Assembly: GCA_964016885.1 (NCBI GenBank)
Contig: OZ024742.1
Coordinates: 160,828,001 to 160,892,000, forward strand
DNA length: 64,000 bases
Reading direction: 5' to 3'
From: Eledone cirrhosa
Lineage: Eukaryota
Below the pieces are notes generated by a model. The model saw only the letters and a list, made by a program, of their open reading frames with translations, was not told the origin of the DNA and ran no database searches. A program made the translations under genes and the position numbers. Positions 28,101-41,411 of this stretch are shown piece after piece (positions within the stretch are counted from its first letter, which is position 1; each line of letters opens with the position of its first letter).

Positions 28101-28431
28101 TTAGATTGTGGGCTAAACGCCAACGATAATAACACCAATATACATATACGTAACTAAGACCGTCATTTGCCTTAACTAGAACGTAAATAAATCTAAAACA
28201 AACCAATGCTATCCACTAACTCAAGCAAACGAAAGTCATAGCCCTACAAATCAACCCCACCTACCACACACATACCAAACAAAACCTACAATTAATATTA
28301 TGAGAGCGACTGACGTCATCAGACTGCAGCCGTCGTATAGTTTCTAAATTGCAGCAACTACTACCCCATTATGTAACCTGCATACATTCACACATAATCA
28401 GTACAACCACCAGAAACTACGAGCGATATCA

Positions 28432-28506
<75 letters not shown>

Positions 28507-29223
28507 GTAATTAGCGTTTCAAATTCATAATTTGGGCTCGTTATGTGACGATAGACAAAGGCGAAAGCGCCTGACCGAATTACTAGAGCGTTGAACTCAC
28601 GACCATAGGAAGCCAGCTAAAGCTGCTTAGGTATGAGCAGTAAATGTTTTTTCATTTTAGATAATTTAGCTAGAAATGATTATGGTTATACAATTCCTTC
28701 TTTAATTATAGAGACATAAATATCCCTAAACCAATCTGAGGATTCCTGCATTCGTTCAATCTGTTAGAGAAAGCAGTCAATGCTTCCTCAAGGCTTGCCG
28801 TGTTGTCTTATAAAATAAAGAACTCATTCATAAGAAAACCAAAACGGGATTATCATAACTGGGACTAAGCAACAACAACAGCAACAGCAGCAATTACATA
28901 AATATCCCGCTAAATTGTTGCATTCCCTTTTAGATCCTGTAACATTTTGGTTTCCTATATATTTTGTTCCTTTTTATTTTTCTGTAGATGATCATCCAAC
29001 ATGGCCTTAGTGATGATGATTAGAACAAATAAAAGAACGGAACAATGATCTGGATTCTGCTATTGATTTCTAATTTAGGTACAAAGCCAGCAAATTTGGA
29101 GAAAAGGCAAATTTAATGAAACCGACCTTAGTATTGACACGGAGAAAATAAATGAAAAGTGAACATAGTTTCCGTCGTCATATAATATGTATGCTGTAAA
29201 AATACTGCAATATGAAACACACT

Positions 29224-29628
29224 TACTCTCAAGTCCCAAATAATAGAGGGAGGAATAAGCGGAGGCTTTGGAATAAACGGAAGCTTTGGAATAAGCGGGG
29301 GGGGGGGGGGGGGCATCAGTAATTTTTCTAGGTTGTTTCCGTTGATTTTTTTTTTTTAAACCAGAATTAGTTATTTAGTTTACATATGTCGAACCCAACC
29401 CATCCTATCTATTTATAACGTATGGGATTTCTTGTAATGTTTTTTTTTGTTTTTGTTTTGTATGATGTTTTTTTTATGCACAAAGAAAATTAATTGCCAC
29501 AGGAATGCTACCACTTAAAATAAAATTTCGCCGGAGATAGATTAGCACAATTTAATTAAAAGGGTGTGGGGGGCGGGTATCTGAAAAATTAATAAACGGT
29601 GGGGGACGATTATTCAAAACCTAAGAAT
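29224..29628. mobile_element. Old Pogo-like MITE
   Basis: Diverged TIRs tactctcaagtcccaaataat / attattcaaaacctaagaata. Confidence 0.4.
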
Positions 29629-29769
29629 ATTAGAAATATATTGCTACCGTGTTATAAATTGCTACCGACACTAATTTACCGATGTCTAACTATGCATCTA
29701 CAATAGCCATTTATAGTACACTTTGGTCATATCACAAAGCACATAATGATATACAAATATTAATTCCTA

Positions 29770-29972
29770 ATTTAGGCACAAGACTTTGGGAGAAAGGCAA
29801 CATTCGTTAAATCAACCACAGTATTTGACTGGTACATTATTTTATCTATCTCGGAAAGATGGAAAGGAAAGTTGACCTCTGCGGAATTTGAACTCAGAAT
29901 GCAAAAAATCAGAACAAATACCACAATGACATGTTCTTTGGCGCTCTACAAAGTCTGCCAATCCACCACCCG
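29770..29972 (-). mobile_element. Diverged family A SINE
   Basis: Core aaagttgacctctgcggaatttgaactcag and head ctgccaatccacc. Confidence 0.7.
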
Positions 29973-30118
29973 TTATGGATTCTGAAAATTATAGCTTCCC
30001 GTGAGAACGTGAGCTTAAACATTCCGAGTATTGACATCTCTAGTTCAACTTCTCTGCTGCATAAAAGTTTGTAGATGATATGTAGTTAGTTGTATGCATG
30101 TGTATGTGTGTGCGTATA

Positions 30119-30320
30119 TAAGAGGGGGCTCTGAAAAGTTCATGGGCTGACTATGAAGGAGTGATTCTAGGGCTGTGAAATCTTGCATGCATTAATATTA
30201 ACTCTTTATATTAATAACTGAATTATTTCTTTCTGGGGGCTATGTTGAAAAATAAACCTCATTTGCTCATTACATGAGACTATCTTGGTCAGCCTATGAG
30301 CATTTTAGCTGACCCTCGTA
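30119..30320. mobile_element. Mariner-derived MITE
   Basis: Imperfect TIRs ta-agagggggctctgaaaagttcatgggctgac / gtcagcctatgagcattttagctgaccctcg-ta. Confidence 0.7.
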
Positions 30321-30709
30321 GAAATCACTTTGAGTTAATTTGGTGTTTTAAAGTTAAACCGAGAGGCTCCTCCGACTAGAGTTGATCTAGGTTTCACTGG
30401 TGTTAAGTGATTGAGAGTTCATGACTTCGTCCTAGATATAAGGCCAGTCCATTGCAAGGTCAAATCCCCCAGTTACCGCTGGTAATCAATTTCGTTTCTT
30501 TGTTTTTCAGCTGAGTGGATAAACTACAGCAACACGAAATGAAGTGTCTTGCTCAGTGACACAATGTGGCGCCCCATCTGGGACCAAACCTGCAACTTTA
30601 TTACCAAGAGTCCAACATTCTAACCACTAGGCTTCGCGTGAAATATTCAACGTTTCGAACACTTGTCATTCTTCGGAGAAAATATATAGAGGAAAAAAAA
30701 AATGCGGAG

Positions 30710-30771
<62 letters not shown>

Positions 30772-31344
30772 AAGAAGTAAAAGATCCCCTGATAAGTAAG
30801 CTAAATGGATCTCCCTCGGATTAGACGATGTATGTTCCAGTTGTTCGATCCATGGAACGGCCTGCTCCTGAAATTAACATGAAAGTGCATCCTTAACGTA
30901 ATACTCGGGGACATACGTCATGAATTAAAGGCTAAGTATTCCCCACATACTAGTATTCTTAATGTAAACTCCAGCCAGTAATCAGCTTTGTATTAAAGTC
31001 ACAATTCTTCTGACGGGCTTCAGTACAGTTTTCCTCGAGCCAACTTCATTCATAAGGCTTGCATAAACCTGAAGCTATAGTAAATATCACATGCCCAAGA
31101 TGCCACATAATCGGATTGAACCCGGAAATGCAGGATTGTGAAGCAAACTTCTTAACCACTCAACCATGTTACCTCCACATATCTTCCAGTACAAACTGAA
31201 TGAAAGCGTGTAGGAATTCTGTCTCGACTACGTCTACGAATATATTACATCTATGAAGCGAAAACATTTATAACGACAATTAAAGAAATTTTCAAATACG
31301 TTCATTTACTGCTGCATATTTTCTAACTCAAGATTCATGACCAT

Positions 31345-31573
31345 AGGTAAGCGTTGGCACGAATGCCTAATTGAAGATAGCGAAGATCGAGCCATTCGTC
31401 CTCTCAAGGAAGCCTGCGCAGTACACTCAACTTGTGAGAAGAGTTCAACGGAGCAGCTGGAGAAGTCCAAGTATCTTAAGGCTGTGCTCACGAGTGATGG
31501 GTGGCAGGAGACTGGATTAAGTGCAAGAATTGCAGGAGCTGGCGCACCAATCGCCAGCTCAAGCATTCGGTAA
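31345..31573 (+). pseudogene. RTE-clade LINE reverse transcriptase C-terminal fragment
   Basis: Frameshifted reading KIEPFVLSRKPAQ then EQLEKSKYLKAVLTSDG..LSARIAGA matches the RTE thumb consensus (VEKFKYLG..TSDG..EI..RI..A). Confidence 0.65.
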
Positions 31574-31716
31574 TCAGCAATCGGTAATACTGTGATAACA
31601 CAAACACACACACATACATCTATATACAGACATACACGCGCACACACACACACACACACACAGACACAGACACACAGACACAGACACAGACACACACACA
31701 CACAGACACAGACACA

Positions 31717-31782
<66 letters not shown>

Positions 31783-31949
31783 ATCAATTTATCCTAAAAT
31801 TTTTCTTTAATATCCTATAAAGAACCTTTACTCTTATATAGGCATATTATACCCTCATATAGACAACCTATTATTTACCGACACGCCAATCATCTAAGCC
31901 ACGCCCCAGATGAAATTACCAGTTCACTGCAAGTCTGTTTGAACAGTCA

Positions 31950-32105
31950 GGAACTCAGTCGTCGGACTCTGACTCTTTCTATTATCTGACTCTGACTCTA
32001 CTATCCCAAGTATTGAGTACTCTGTTGACTAAAGAAAGTTTAGCCTGATAGTGAGGTTTAGAACCCTCTAAGATACGGCGAAACCTTCTATTTCTATTTT
32101 CAAAC
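31950..32105. mobile_element. Rearranged PLE-end fragment (family with ttagaaccctctaa); relatives at 52480-52670, 57020-57215, 59499-59642 and 61850-62040
   Basis: Shared segments, internal inversions, a gtattgagtact tail motif and adjacency to (TA)n. Confidence 0.55.
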
Positions 32106-32117
32106 TCGCACACACAT

Positions 32118-32182
<65 letters not shown>

Positions 32183-33136
32183 GAGAGAGAGAGAAAAAAA
32201 TGTAATGTTCCAAGGATGCTATCTCTATGTGGCCATCCGACCTACTAAATATAGCAGCAAGATTTCCCTCAGATCAAACTTCAACATATGGAGGACACGT
32301 TAGACAACGTAGTCCTACATAGACTATGTTTGAAAAAATAGACGATATTGTTTGGCAACATGGCTGTTATGCTTTTACATCAAAGGTTTGCTTGATCAGA
32401 GCTGTGCTTGGGCTGAATGATAACAATGAGAATTTTTCGACGATGTGGCTTCGAGTTTGATTAAAGCTAATTCACTTTACTTTATAAAATTCGTGAAGAG
32501 GCATGAACTTCCCAACATCCCATTCTTTTAAGAATATGGGGCCTTGTAGTACTCTCAAAGAAAAACAATATGTCTAATGTGTGGTAGCTGCCTCACGTTT
32601 AACTTGACATTGTTATTTTAACATTTTGTATGTGAGGTCCAGTGTGTGTGTATGTTTGTGTTGTGGTGTATGTGGTGCGGTATGAGTGTATGTTTGTGGT
32701 CCGATGTGAGTATGATTGTGGTTCAGTGGGGCGTGCATATGTGTATGTATATATTTGCGTGTTTTGCATATGATGTGTTGTGTGTGGGTAGTGATGCGAT
32801 GTGTGTGTATGAATGCGTGCTTTTGTGTAATTGTGCATGCGTGTGTCACTGTATGTGTGCATGTGTGTGAATGGCATGCATTCAAGTGTGTATGCTTATG
32901 TGTGCGTGTGTGTGAATATGTACTTGCATGTGTGTGTATGCGTCGGTATATCTTTGTATACTGCATGTGTGTGTATGTGTGAGTGTGTTTGTGTGTGTGT
33001 GCGTTTGCACGTTGATTTTTTTTTCGGCGATTAAAAAACGTGGATGTCAAAGATCGACTACACAACAGACAGACTAACAGACAAACAGAGAGCTAGACAG
33101 ACAGACGGGCAAACAACTACATCAGAGATACATATA

Positions 33137-33497
33137 CAGTGTACCCCCCCCCCCTGCATTTGCGGTTCCAGTTATTCGCGGTATTTTCCTTAGAACCTAA
33201 CTAATAATTGTTCGTGAAAACTACTGCATATTCACGTAAATGTCTTCTGCGATTATTTTATAGCTTTTTTCATGGCAATATATATTTTTAACGCTAAATT
33301 ATTAATAAAAATATACCATATTTGCCGGTCTATTGGACGATCCTTCCCATAAGACGCTCCCTCTTTTTTAATTATATTCTACGTTATATTTTGACGTTTA
33401 TAGGCATTTATATGGCCCACGTCCAATATTCGCGGATTTTAACTCTTCACTATAGGGTGCTACAGGACGTAACTCCCGCAAATACCGGGGACAACTG
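33137..33497. mobile_element. Tigger/Pogo-like MITE
   Basis: ta|cagtgtacccc..atttgcgg and ccgcaaataccggggacaactg|ta termini. Confidence 0.7.
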
Positions 33498-33781
33498 TAT
33501 ATATATATATATACAGACAGCTTTTCGTAAATCTGACTGTTGAGTGCAGAGAATTATTGCGAAAGAATAGTTTAATAGTTAAATAATTATATTGTTTCAA
33601 TGCAATGACATCTGCTATTTGGATTTCAAAATAAGAAAGAAAAACTGTAAAATAATTACTTCCCATAATTTTTAAACCGTACGTCAAAGAGAGAAAATAT
33701 TTTCTAAGTATATTGTTTTTTTAAAAATCAACCATAGTAGTACGATACGCGTGTTTATATATATGTGTGTATAAGTGTGTG

Positions 33782-33819
<38 letters not shown>

Positions 33820-33826
33820 TAGACAT

Positions 33827-33910
<84 letters not shown>

Positions 33911-34226
33911 ATCTACCAAAATATACGGTAGTGTCCAATCTGTATGAAGAACTCAATGTAATCCAGATATCGTGAAAAGAGAAGATGTATTCAAACATTT
34001 TTTCGATGAAAATCACAGGAAAACAGAGTCAAGATAAATTAATAAAAACAATGAATAAAAACAAAGAAACAGTTCCTTATATTAAAAAATTCATCATTTT
34101 ACGATCGTTTCTATGATATATATGTGTGTGTTGGTATGTATATCATATAGATCTATGTAAAAATTTTACAAACTATCAGAGGAAATATACATACCTACAC
34201 ATATATATGCTGTTTTCAGAAATAAT

Positions 34227-34609
34227 TGTTTCTACGTTTGGCACAAGGCCAGCAAATACCCAGTGCATTACTGGTGCTTTATTTTATCGACCCTGTAAGG
34301 ATGAAAGGCAAAGTTATCCTCGGCGGAATTTGAACTCAGAATGGCAAGGACCGTAACTCTATACGTCAAAGCATGGCGTCCGACCCTCTACCAATACTGC
34401 CAATCCACCGCCCTCTTCAGAAATAATTGTTTCTACTTTAGGCACAAGGCTAGCAATAATCCAGTGCATTACTGGTAATTTATTTTATCGACCCCGTAAG
34501 GATGAAAGGCAAAGTCAACCTCGGCGGGATTTGAACTCAGATCGTAAAGGGACGTAACTATGCTGGAAAGCATGGCGTCCGACCCTCTACTGATACTGCC
34601 AATCCACCG
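34227..34609 (-). mobile_element. Two tandem family A SINEs sharing a triplicated TSD
   Basis: tcagaaataat at 34216-34226, 34417-34427 and 34610-34620. Confidence 0.85.
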
Positions 34610-35340
34610 TCAGAAATAATGATATTTGTTTATTGAAAAAAACCAACAAAGATTTAATATAATAGGTCTGTTTGGGAACAGGTTTTGAATTTACCAATAG
34701 AAAAGTAGTAAGTGGTCAAGTTGATAGAATAGTAGTAGTAGAAATTTAATTTAGGGGTAGAGGAATGCAGACTTCAGTTTTGAATGGAAAGAATAGTTTG
34801 AATGAAAAGATTACTTTTGGATGAAAAGAGGTCAAGCCGGTGAAAGATACACGAAAATTTGATGTTATTAAAGAATAATGCTAGTGTTAAAATCGAAGGA
34901 GAATAAAATGTTAGGGTAAATGTGTTAGTGAGAAATACTAATCTTATTTAAAACACAAGGAATTTAGATCTATAACAAGAAATTAAATTAATTTAATTGA
35001 TAGGTATACTTATAGGGATAAATTTATATTAATTCATATAGATGTGATAAATAAGAGTTAGATGTTATTAAAGAATTTTGTTAAAAACGAAGGAAAAAAA
35101 TGTTGGGATAAATGTATTAGTGAGAAATAACAAACTTATATAGACTACAAGGAATTTAGATTCATAACAAGAAATTAAAATAGTTTATATGTATACTTAT
35201 AGGTATTAATTTTAGGCAAAGAGAGCTGTAAAAGGGAAATAAAATTAGGAATGTCTTTGTAGTAAAATACTAATTATAGTTTAACTAAATAAAAAAAAAC
35301 TAATTATAATAATTTGTAAAATATAAGTGTAAGGTGTATA

Positions 35341-37530
35341 TTAATTAGGTTTATAATATTTGAAAGTTCTTCTAATTCTATGATTGCACGATATAATTAA
35401 TTCTTGTCGCTTATTTAATAGGATATCCTTAGATTTCATTATTTCAAAAAGTTCCTGGGAACATAATCTACACTCATATCTATTATTTTGATAAGGGGTG
35501 ACCCTTTTGAACACACTCCAGGTCAGGTTGTAATCGATATTCTTTTTTCTATAATTATTAATCATTTCAGCCAAGGATGTTGTATTAGCTGAGGCATTTT
35601 TAAAACTATGTTTGTGGGTATTAAATCTTACTTTAAATTGGTTAGAAGTAGCTCCTATATGTGAATAAGTTGAGTCCTTAGTGCTAATTTTACATTTATA
35701 TACTATGTTATTAATAAGACAATTTCCTTTTAATGGGCAATTTCCTTTGTTTCTACAGTTACAACCATTCGTTAATATTATATCAGGGGAGTTAGTCAAA
35801 TTTGGTGTGGAATTTACTCGACTTGTTGTGAAGGAGATGGTGGTTTGTTGCGGTTTATTTTAGTATTATGGTTAGTTTGATGTATTGGTGGTATATTCAT
35901 GGTTTTTTTACATTTATATGCATTGTAGGCACTTATATTTTGTTGTATATTTTTGGTAGTGGAGTAGGAAAATTTGACCGTTGATCTATTTAAAATTTGA
36001 TGGTATTTATGGTTTGGCGGGAAGTTTTTCTCTAGGATAGTAAAAAAAATGTTAGGGATATTATCTTTAATTTGTAGATTAAATGGAGCATTATACCAAG
36101 TAACTCGTCTATTACGGTTTCGATGTTGTTTTTTTATATTTATACGATGTATCAGGATGTTTACTAAGAGAGTTAGTATTAGTGAATTTATTATATATAT
36201 GTTTAGTTAGATTAACTGATTTAGGTCTCTGATTATTAGGAATTTTGTTAGTAATGTTATTAACGTATATTGGAATATTAGGAAGAATGGTTTTTTGAAA
36301 GTTATTATATTGTATGTGAGAAGAGGTAGATAAATTAAGTTTAAAGTTGGTATTTTGGGGTATAGTGTGAGTGGCATTTAGGTGTGTGTTTTTCATTTGG
36401 TGTTTGTTGGTAATATTGGGTTGTATGTTTGAAGTATTATTGGTACAAGGTATATAGACTAGTTTGTTTTTGTGGCCGCTTCTAGCTAAAGCTTCGTTAT
36501 AAAAGGTCGCATTTTTATCGAATACCTCCTGGTTAGATGAAAGGTTAGAAATGCTAGGTTTTTAAGGATAGATCTAGGATGATTGGATTGTGAGTGTATG
36601 TAATGTAAGTTTTGGTTAGGTTTATGGTAAGGTTGGTAGATACCCGTAGACAAGTCTAAAGTTATATCAAGGAAATTAACTACTTTACTGGTGTTTTCAA
36701 ATGTAATAGTGAGACTTTGAGGAAAGTTCTAATAAGTTTTTTATTCTTTTCAATTTCTGATAGCCTAAGGTTAGTGGAAAGAAGAAGACAGTCATCACGA
36801 TATAAACCACCTTTAAGGTGGGGAAAAGAAGCATTTATGTTAAATAGAAGAAAGAGGCCCACAAGATCGGTAATTTGGGCAGAATCACTAGAGCCCATAG
36901 TAATGTCGAATAGATTACTATATGTATTTCTGGTCCAGTATTCCTTCTGAAATTCCAGTAGTGTTTGTCTAGCGTGCGTGATAATATTAATGTCATCCAT
37001 AGTTAAGTTTGATCTATTTTTGGCAAATATCAATGCTTTGTTCAGGAGTATGGGTGATATAGAGGGATAATAAGCATCTATATCAAATTGTAGAAATGAA
37101 GCAGATGATTTATTTCTAATATTAGTAAACCAGTTAATTACCTGGGATGTGTTTTCCCAGAGTGGTAAATTAACATGTTTTCTTAATTGTGGGATGACAC
37201 TGTCTAAAAAATGTTTACTAATGATGCCAATGTCAGATTTGGAAGGGCATATAAGTCTTATAGAAGGATTAGAGTTAGATTTGTGATCTTTCAGGTTAAA
37301 GTGTGGTTTTTTCAGTGCCAAAGGTTCAGTTCTATCATCAATATTGAGTTTATTTACTATGTTGTGTGTTTTGTTATTGATAATGGTATGAGCCGCATTA
37401 TTTTTTTTTTATTATTTTTCCTGAGTTCTTTATAAATGAACTCATTGTAATTATCAATATCCATGTGGTACAGATTTCCATCCAGTTTTGTCAGAGTGGA
37501 CATGGACTTTGTTAGATTTTGAAGTTAACT
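35341..37530 (-). pseudogene. Frameshifted PLE RT-endonuclease ORF
   Basis: SDKTG/NLYHMD N-terminal motif (split by a 4-nt duplication), LKDHK..IRLICPSKS, FLQFDIDAYYPSI, FDITMGS, GLYRDD, CNCRNKGNCPLKGNC, IVYKC..HIGATSNQFKVRFNTH, CRLC..E, SCNH. Confidence 0.9.
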
Positions 37531-37703
37531 CAGTACCTCTGAAATATGTATAATAAAGTATACTTGATCACAAGAATATCTATTTTGTTAATATTTTGAA
37601 TTAATATTAATAACTCCAGAAAACCATTTCTGTTGAGTACTTCCAACCTATTGTAAAACTCATTCTTTGATTTATTCATTGAACCTTGTTTAACCTTTAA
37701 ATA

Positions 37704-37810
<107 letters not shown>

Positions 37811-37942
37811 TTATATACATTTATATATATGTATGTGTGTATATATATATATATGTGTATATATATGTAATATATATATATATATGTATGTATATATACA
37901 TATATGTATGTATATGTATATCTATCTGTCTATCTCTCTCTA

Positions 37943-38086
<144 letters not shown>

Positions 38087-38249
38087 TGTAATTCTTTAAA
38101 ATATGCAGACACAAACATAGTTTGTGCTTACTAGCTCAGTCATGTTTTTAAAATAAAAGGTTCGCTTTAGTTATTTCTCCAACGTTACTCATACATTTAA
38201 TCCTATATGTGAATTGTACATACATGATGTACATACTAATGTAATTATA

Positions 38250-41146
38250 ACTTTCTTTTTATTTGCCACCAGGGCATCAAAAGTGGGATAAGTACAAAGG
38301 GGGGAGTTTACATGCAAAGGCGTCCTCAATATGGAGGAGGCAATAACAAGATATAAAAGTATAAAAATAAAATAAAATATAACAAAATAAATTTTGTAAC
38401 AAAATCCTCAATAGGGAGGAGGCGCCTTGGGGGGTCGCACACACCCCCGAAAAAAAGTGTGCAACCCTTCTCCTCAGGAGCACAGAGAGGGGGTGCTCCC
38501 TTGGTCTTTCATCTTCTTCACCTATAGTCTGATGTAGAGTGAAGGCCCATTCACACGGGCCATTCTCGCCACTTTCACCCATCTTTCATAAAAACGGCTG
38601 GGGTGCAGCACCTCTCTCTCCATCCTGATCCTTCTTCCGAAATGATATCGGAAGAAACGGACCAGTTGTTGGCCAGAGAGAAAGGTGTTTGACCTCAGCC
38701 CTTTCAGACGCGTCCACCATACAACCTCTTTCGCCATGGCTATTACGCACAAAAACACCGCCTCTCCTTCGTTTTTGAAGAGGGGAGGCGGCTTGATCGT
38801 TACAATAGACTCGGTGGTCAACCGGATCGGTCCCACCCTTGACAGCAGTTGTTCGACATAGCCCCACAGATAGGCAATTCCCGAGCAGTGTACCAAAGCG
38901 TGTGCAACGGTTTCCTCGTCGCACACGCATCTGGGACAGATCTTTTTCGAGGGGTCCCTACCCGGGCGCCCGTGTCTGTAGAGCCTTTCTTGAACGGTCA
39001 GAGCCCCGCGGTAGCACTGCCAGGCCAGGGACCTCTGGAAGTTATCCATGGGTCCCGGGCTAAATGTCCTACCGAACAGGTTGTCCAGTTCGTCTTCCTC
39101 CATGCCTAGGGTTTCTCCGAGGGCGTCGTCGCACCTGCTAACCACCAGCCCTCTATAGAATGACGAGGTGGATTCTCCACTGACAGCCGGGTCCGCCTGC
39201 CAGAGAGCCGTGAGCGCCTGGGCACATTCAGTGTGCCAGGCGCCCAGTTTTCTCGGTCTTTGCTTGACTCAGGATTGCAGCTCGGTGAATGAGACGAGTC
39301 TGGGAAAGGCTCGCCTCTCAAACGGGGCCCACACCGGTTGACCGGTGAGGAATACCTGGAGGTGCCGTAGCCTTAATGTGTGTTTACGTATCATTAGCCA
39401 CGGCATCCCCACCCCTCCTTTCGAAGGGTGTTGACAGCAGATGGATCTCCTCACCATAGGAGCCCGCTTCTTCCAAAGGAATTGGAAGAGTGCGCGTGCC
39501 ATTTTGGCGAGCGTTTCCCTTGGGCAAGGCACAGCGGTCAGGCGGTAGTAGATGACGGACGCTATATAAGTGTTCGCCACCTCCGCCTGACCTTTCAGGG
39601 ACAGTTTGCACTCGGCCCACTTCTGGGTCAGTGCAAACACCCTGTTCGTTACCTCACCCCAGTTCTTCTCCACCTGGAGGTCTGGTCCGAACCAGACCCC
39701 GAGCAACTTCACCGGGCCCTCCGTCCAGTGCCCGACGACGCCATCGGAGGGCATAGATCTGCCCCTCCACGTGCCGAGTTGCAGACCGATCGATTTGTCC
39801 CGGTTCAACTTAGCCCCTGTAAACCTTTCGTACTCCTCCAGTAAGGTGCCGATCGCCCCGATTTCCGAGGCTGTCGACACCATTACTGTTACGTCGTCGG
39901 CGTAGGCCGACACCGCTTTCCGCAATCCCGGTTCCAACGGGATGCCCTGCAACAACTCCAACTTCCGCAGCAGTGGCTCTAGAGTCATTACATACAGAAG
40001 GGAGGAGAGAGGGCACCCTTGTCGGATGGACCGCGCGAATCCGAACGGCTTCGAGAGATAGCCTTTCACCTTGACCCTAGAGCAGATGCGGCTGCTGTGC
40101 ATGGCATTGATCCAGACACTGAAAACGGGTCCGAAACCTGCCGCCGCTAGCACCGCATCCAGGTAACCATGGTCGACCCTATCGAACGCCTTGGACCTGG
40201 ACGGGATAGCACATGTCTGCGCATCTCCCACCAGGTTGCCCACGACAAGCGCCAACCTCTTTGCTAGCAAATCTTGGCCAAAATCTGTAACTCTGTATTT
40301 GGCAGAGATATGGGTCTGAAATTATTTATATCGTCCCCCTTGTTCTCGTCCTTCCTCACTAGCGTGACTACGCCCTTGGTCACAGCACAGGGAATTCTAC
40401 CGTTCTGTTGCCAGTTGCAGTAGACCGCCTCGAGGAGATCGGGGAGCAAGTCCGGCATAGCTAGATATAGTTCGTATGGAAGACCATCGAGACCCGGGGA
40501 TTTGCGTTTGCCGCATTGGCTCAGCACGTCCTCTCTCTCAGCGGCTGAAATCGGCTCCTCGCAGGACTTCGCCTCCCTGTCCGAGAGACGCGGCAGGCCG
40601 TCGAGGTATGGACCGAAGTCCACGTCCCCAACCGACTCCCCGCCCCTTCCGAACAATCCGGCAAAGTGCTTTTGAAAAGCCTCGCACATCTGCTTAGGTT
40701 CAAGGATCACCCGGCCATCCTGGTCTCGCAAAGACCGGATAGTGGATCTGCTCCCTCTTTTGGCTTCTGTCACGCAGGCCCAGCTAACAGCTTTGGTCCC
40801 CTCGTTTCCCAGAGCACGTATTTTGCTTCGGACGATGCAGCTTTCGTGTTTCGCGTCGAAGAACTGGCCCAGGGCCGTTCTTGACGCTAGCACTCTGGCC
40901 ACGTCGCCGCTTCTAATTGCCTCTTCTACACTATCTACCAGCTCCCTTTCCTTCCTATTTCTATTTGAGGCTAACTCCTTACTAAATTCTATAGAGACTA
41001 CTTTAATCTCTCTTTTGAGAGATCCCCACCACTTGCTGTTGACGATGGCGCCCGTCAACCGCTCCTTAACTAAAGTGCTAATCCGGTCCCTGTAAGTCTT
41101 ACTTGCCGGTAAGGAGAAGTTGAGCTTCCAGTAACCGGGTCCCAGT
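38250..41146 (-). mobile_element. 5'-truncated L1/Tx1-clade LINE with 14-bp TSD
   Basis: TSD ctaatgtaattata at 38236-38249 and 41147-41160. AATAAA at the 3' terminus and a GC-rich body. Confidence 0.9.
38522..41146 (-). pseudogene. L1/Tx1 ORF2 remnant (post-APE linker, RT, C-terminal CCHC-like domain)
   Basis: LGPGYWKLN, KSPGLDGLPYELY, FRPISL, KAFDRVDH, IRQGCPLS, YADD, CPRC..ETVAHALVHC. Frameshifts near 40267 and 39270. Confidence 0.9.
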
Positions 41147-41315
41147 CTAATGTAATTATACCCAGGAAATATATAGTTAAAATCATTTTTATCTTAATCT
41201 ATTTCACGAGTCAGTAATCAACGTCAACTATGGGATTTATTTTATACAAACCATTATCAAAATGCTGTTTGTATGTCTAAAAGACCACCGTACATGCACA
41301 CACATATATATATGT

Positions 41316-41404
<89 letters not shown>

Positions 41405-41411
<7 letters not shown>

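Larger units (their letters stand above)
33908..37700 (-). mobile_element. Naiad-type Penelope-like retroelement with RT and GIY-YIG endonuclease, decayed; two SINEs in its 3' region
   Basis: Coding remnants at 35341-37530 and (TA)n at 37700. The 3' end is inferred from a decayed hammerhead (about 33990-34025) and a tacattgagttct tail next to (GA)n/(TA)n, so the 3' boundary is less certain. Confidence 0.75.

Noticed and set aside
35341-37530. Selenoprotein-type Naiad (in-frame UGA at conserved Cys plus SECIS)
   Set aside because: I saw no TGA at conserved Cys positions in any of the three ORF remnants. The ATGA at about 23782 lacks a matching GA quartet.
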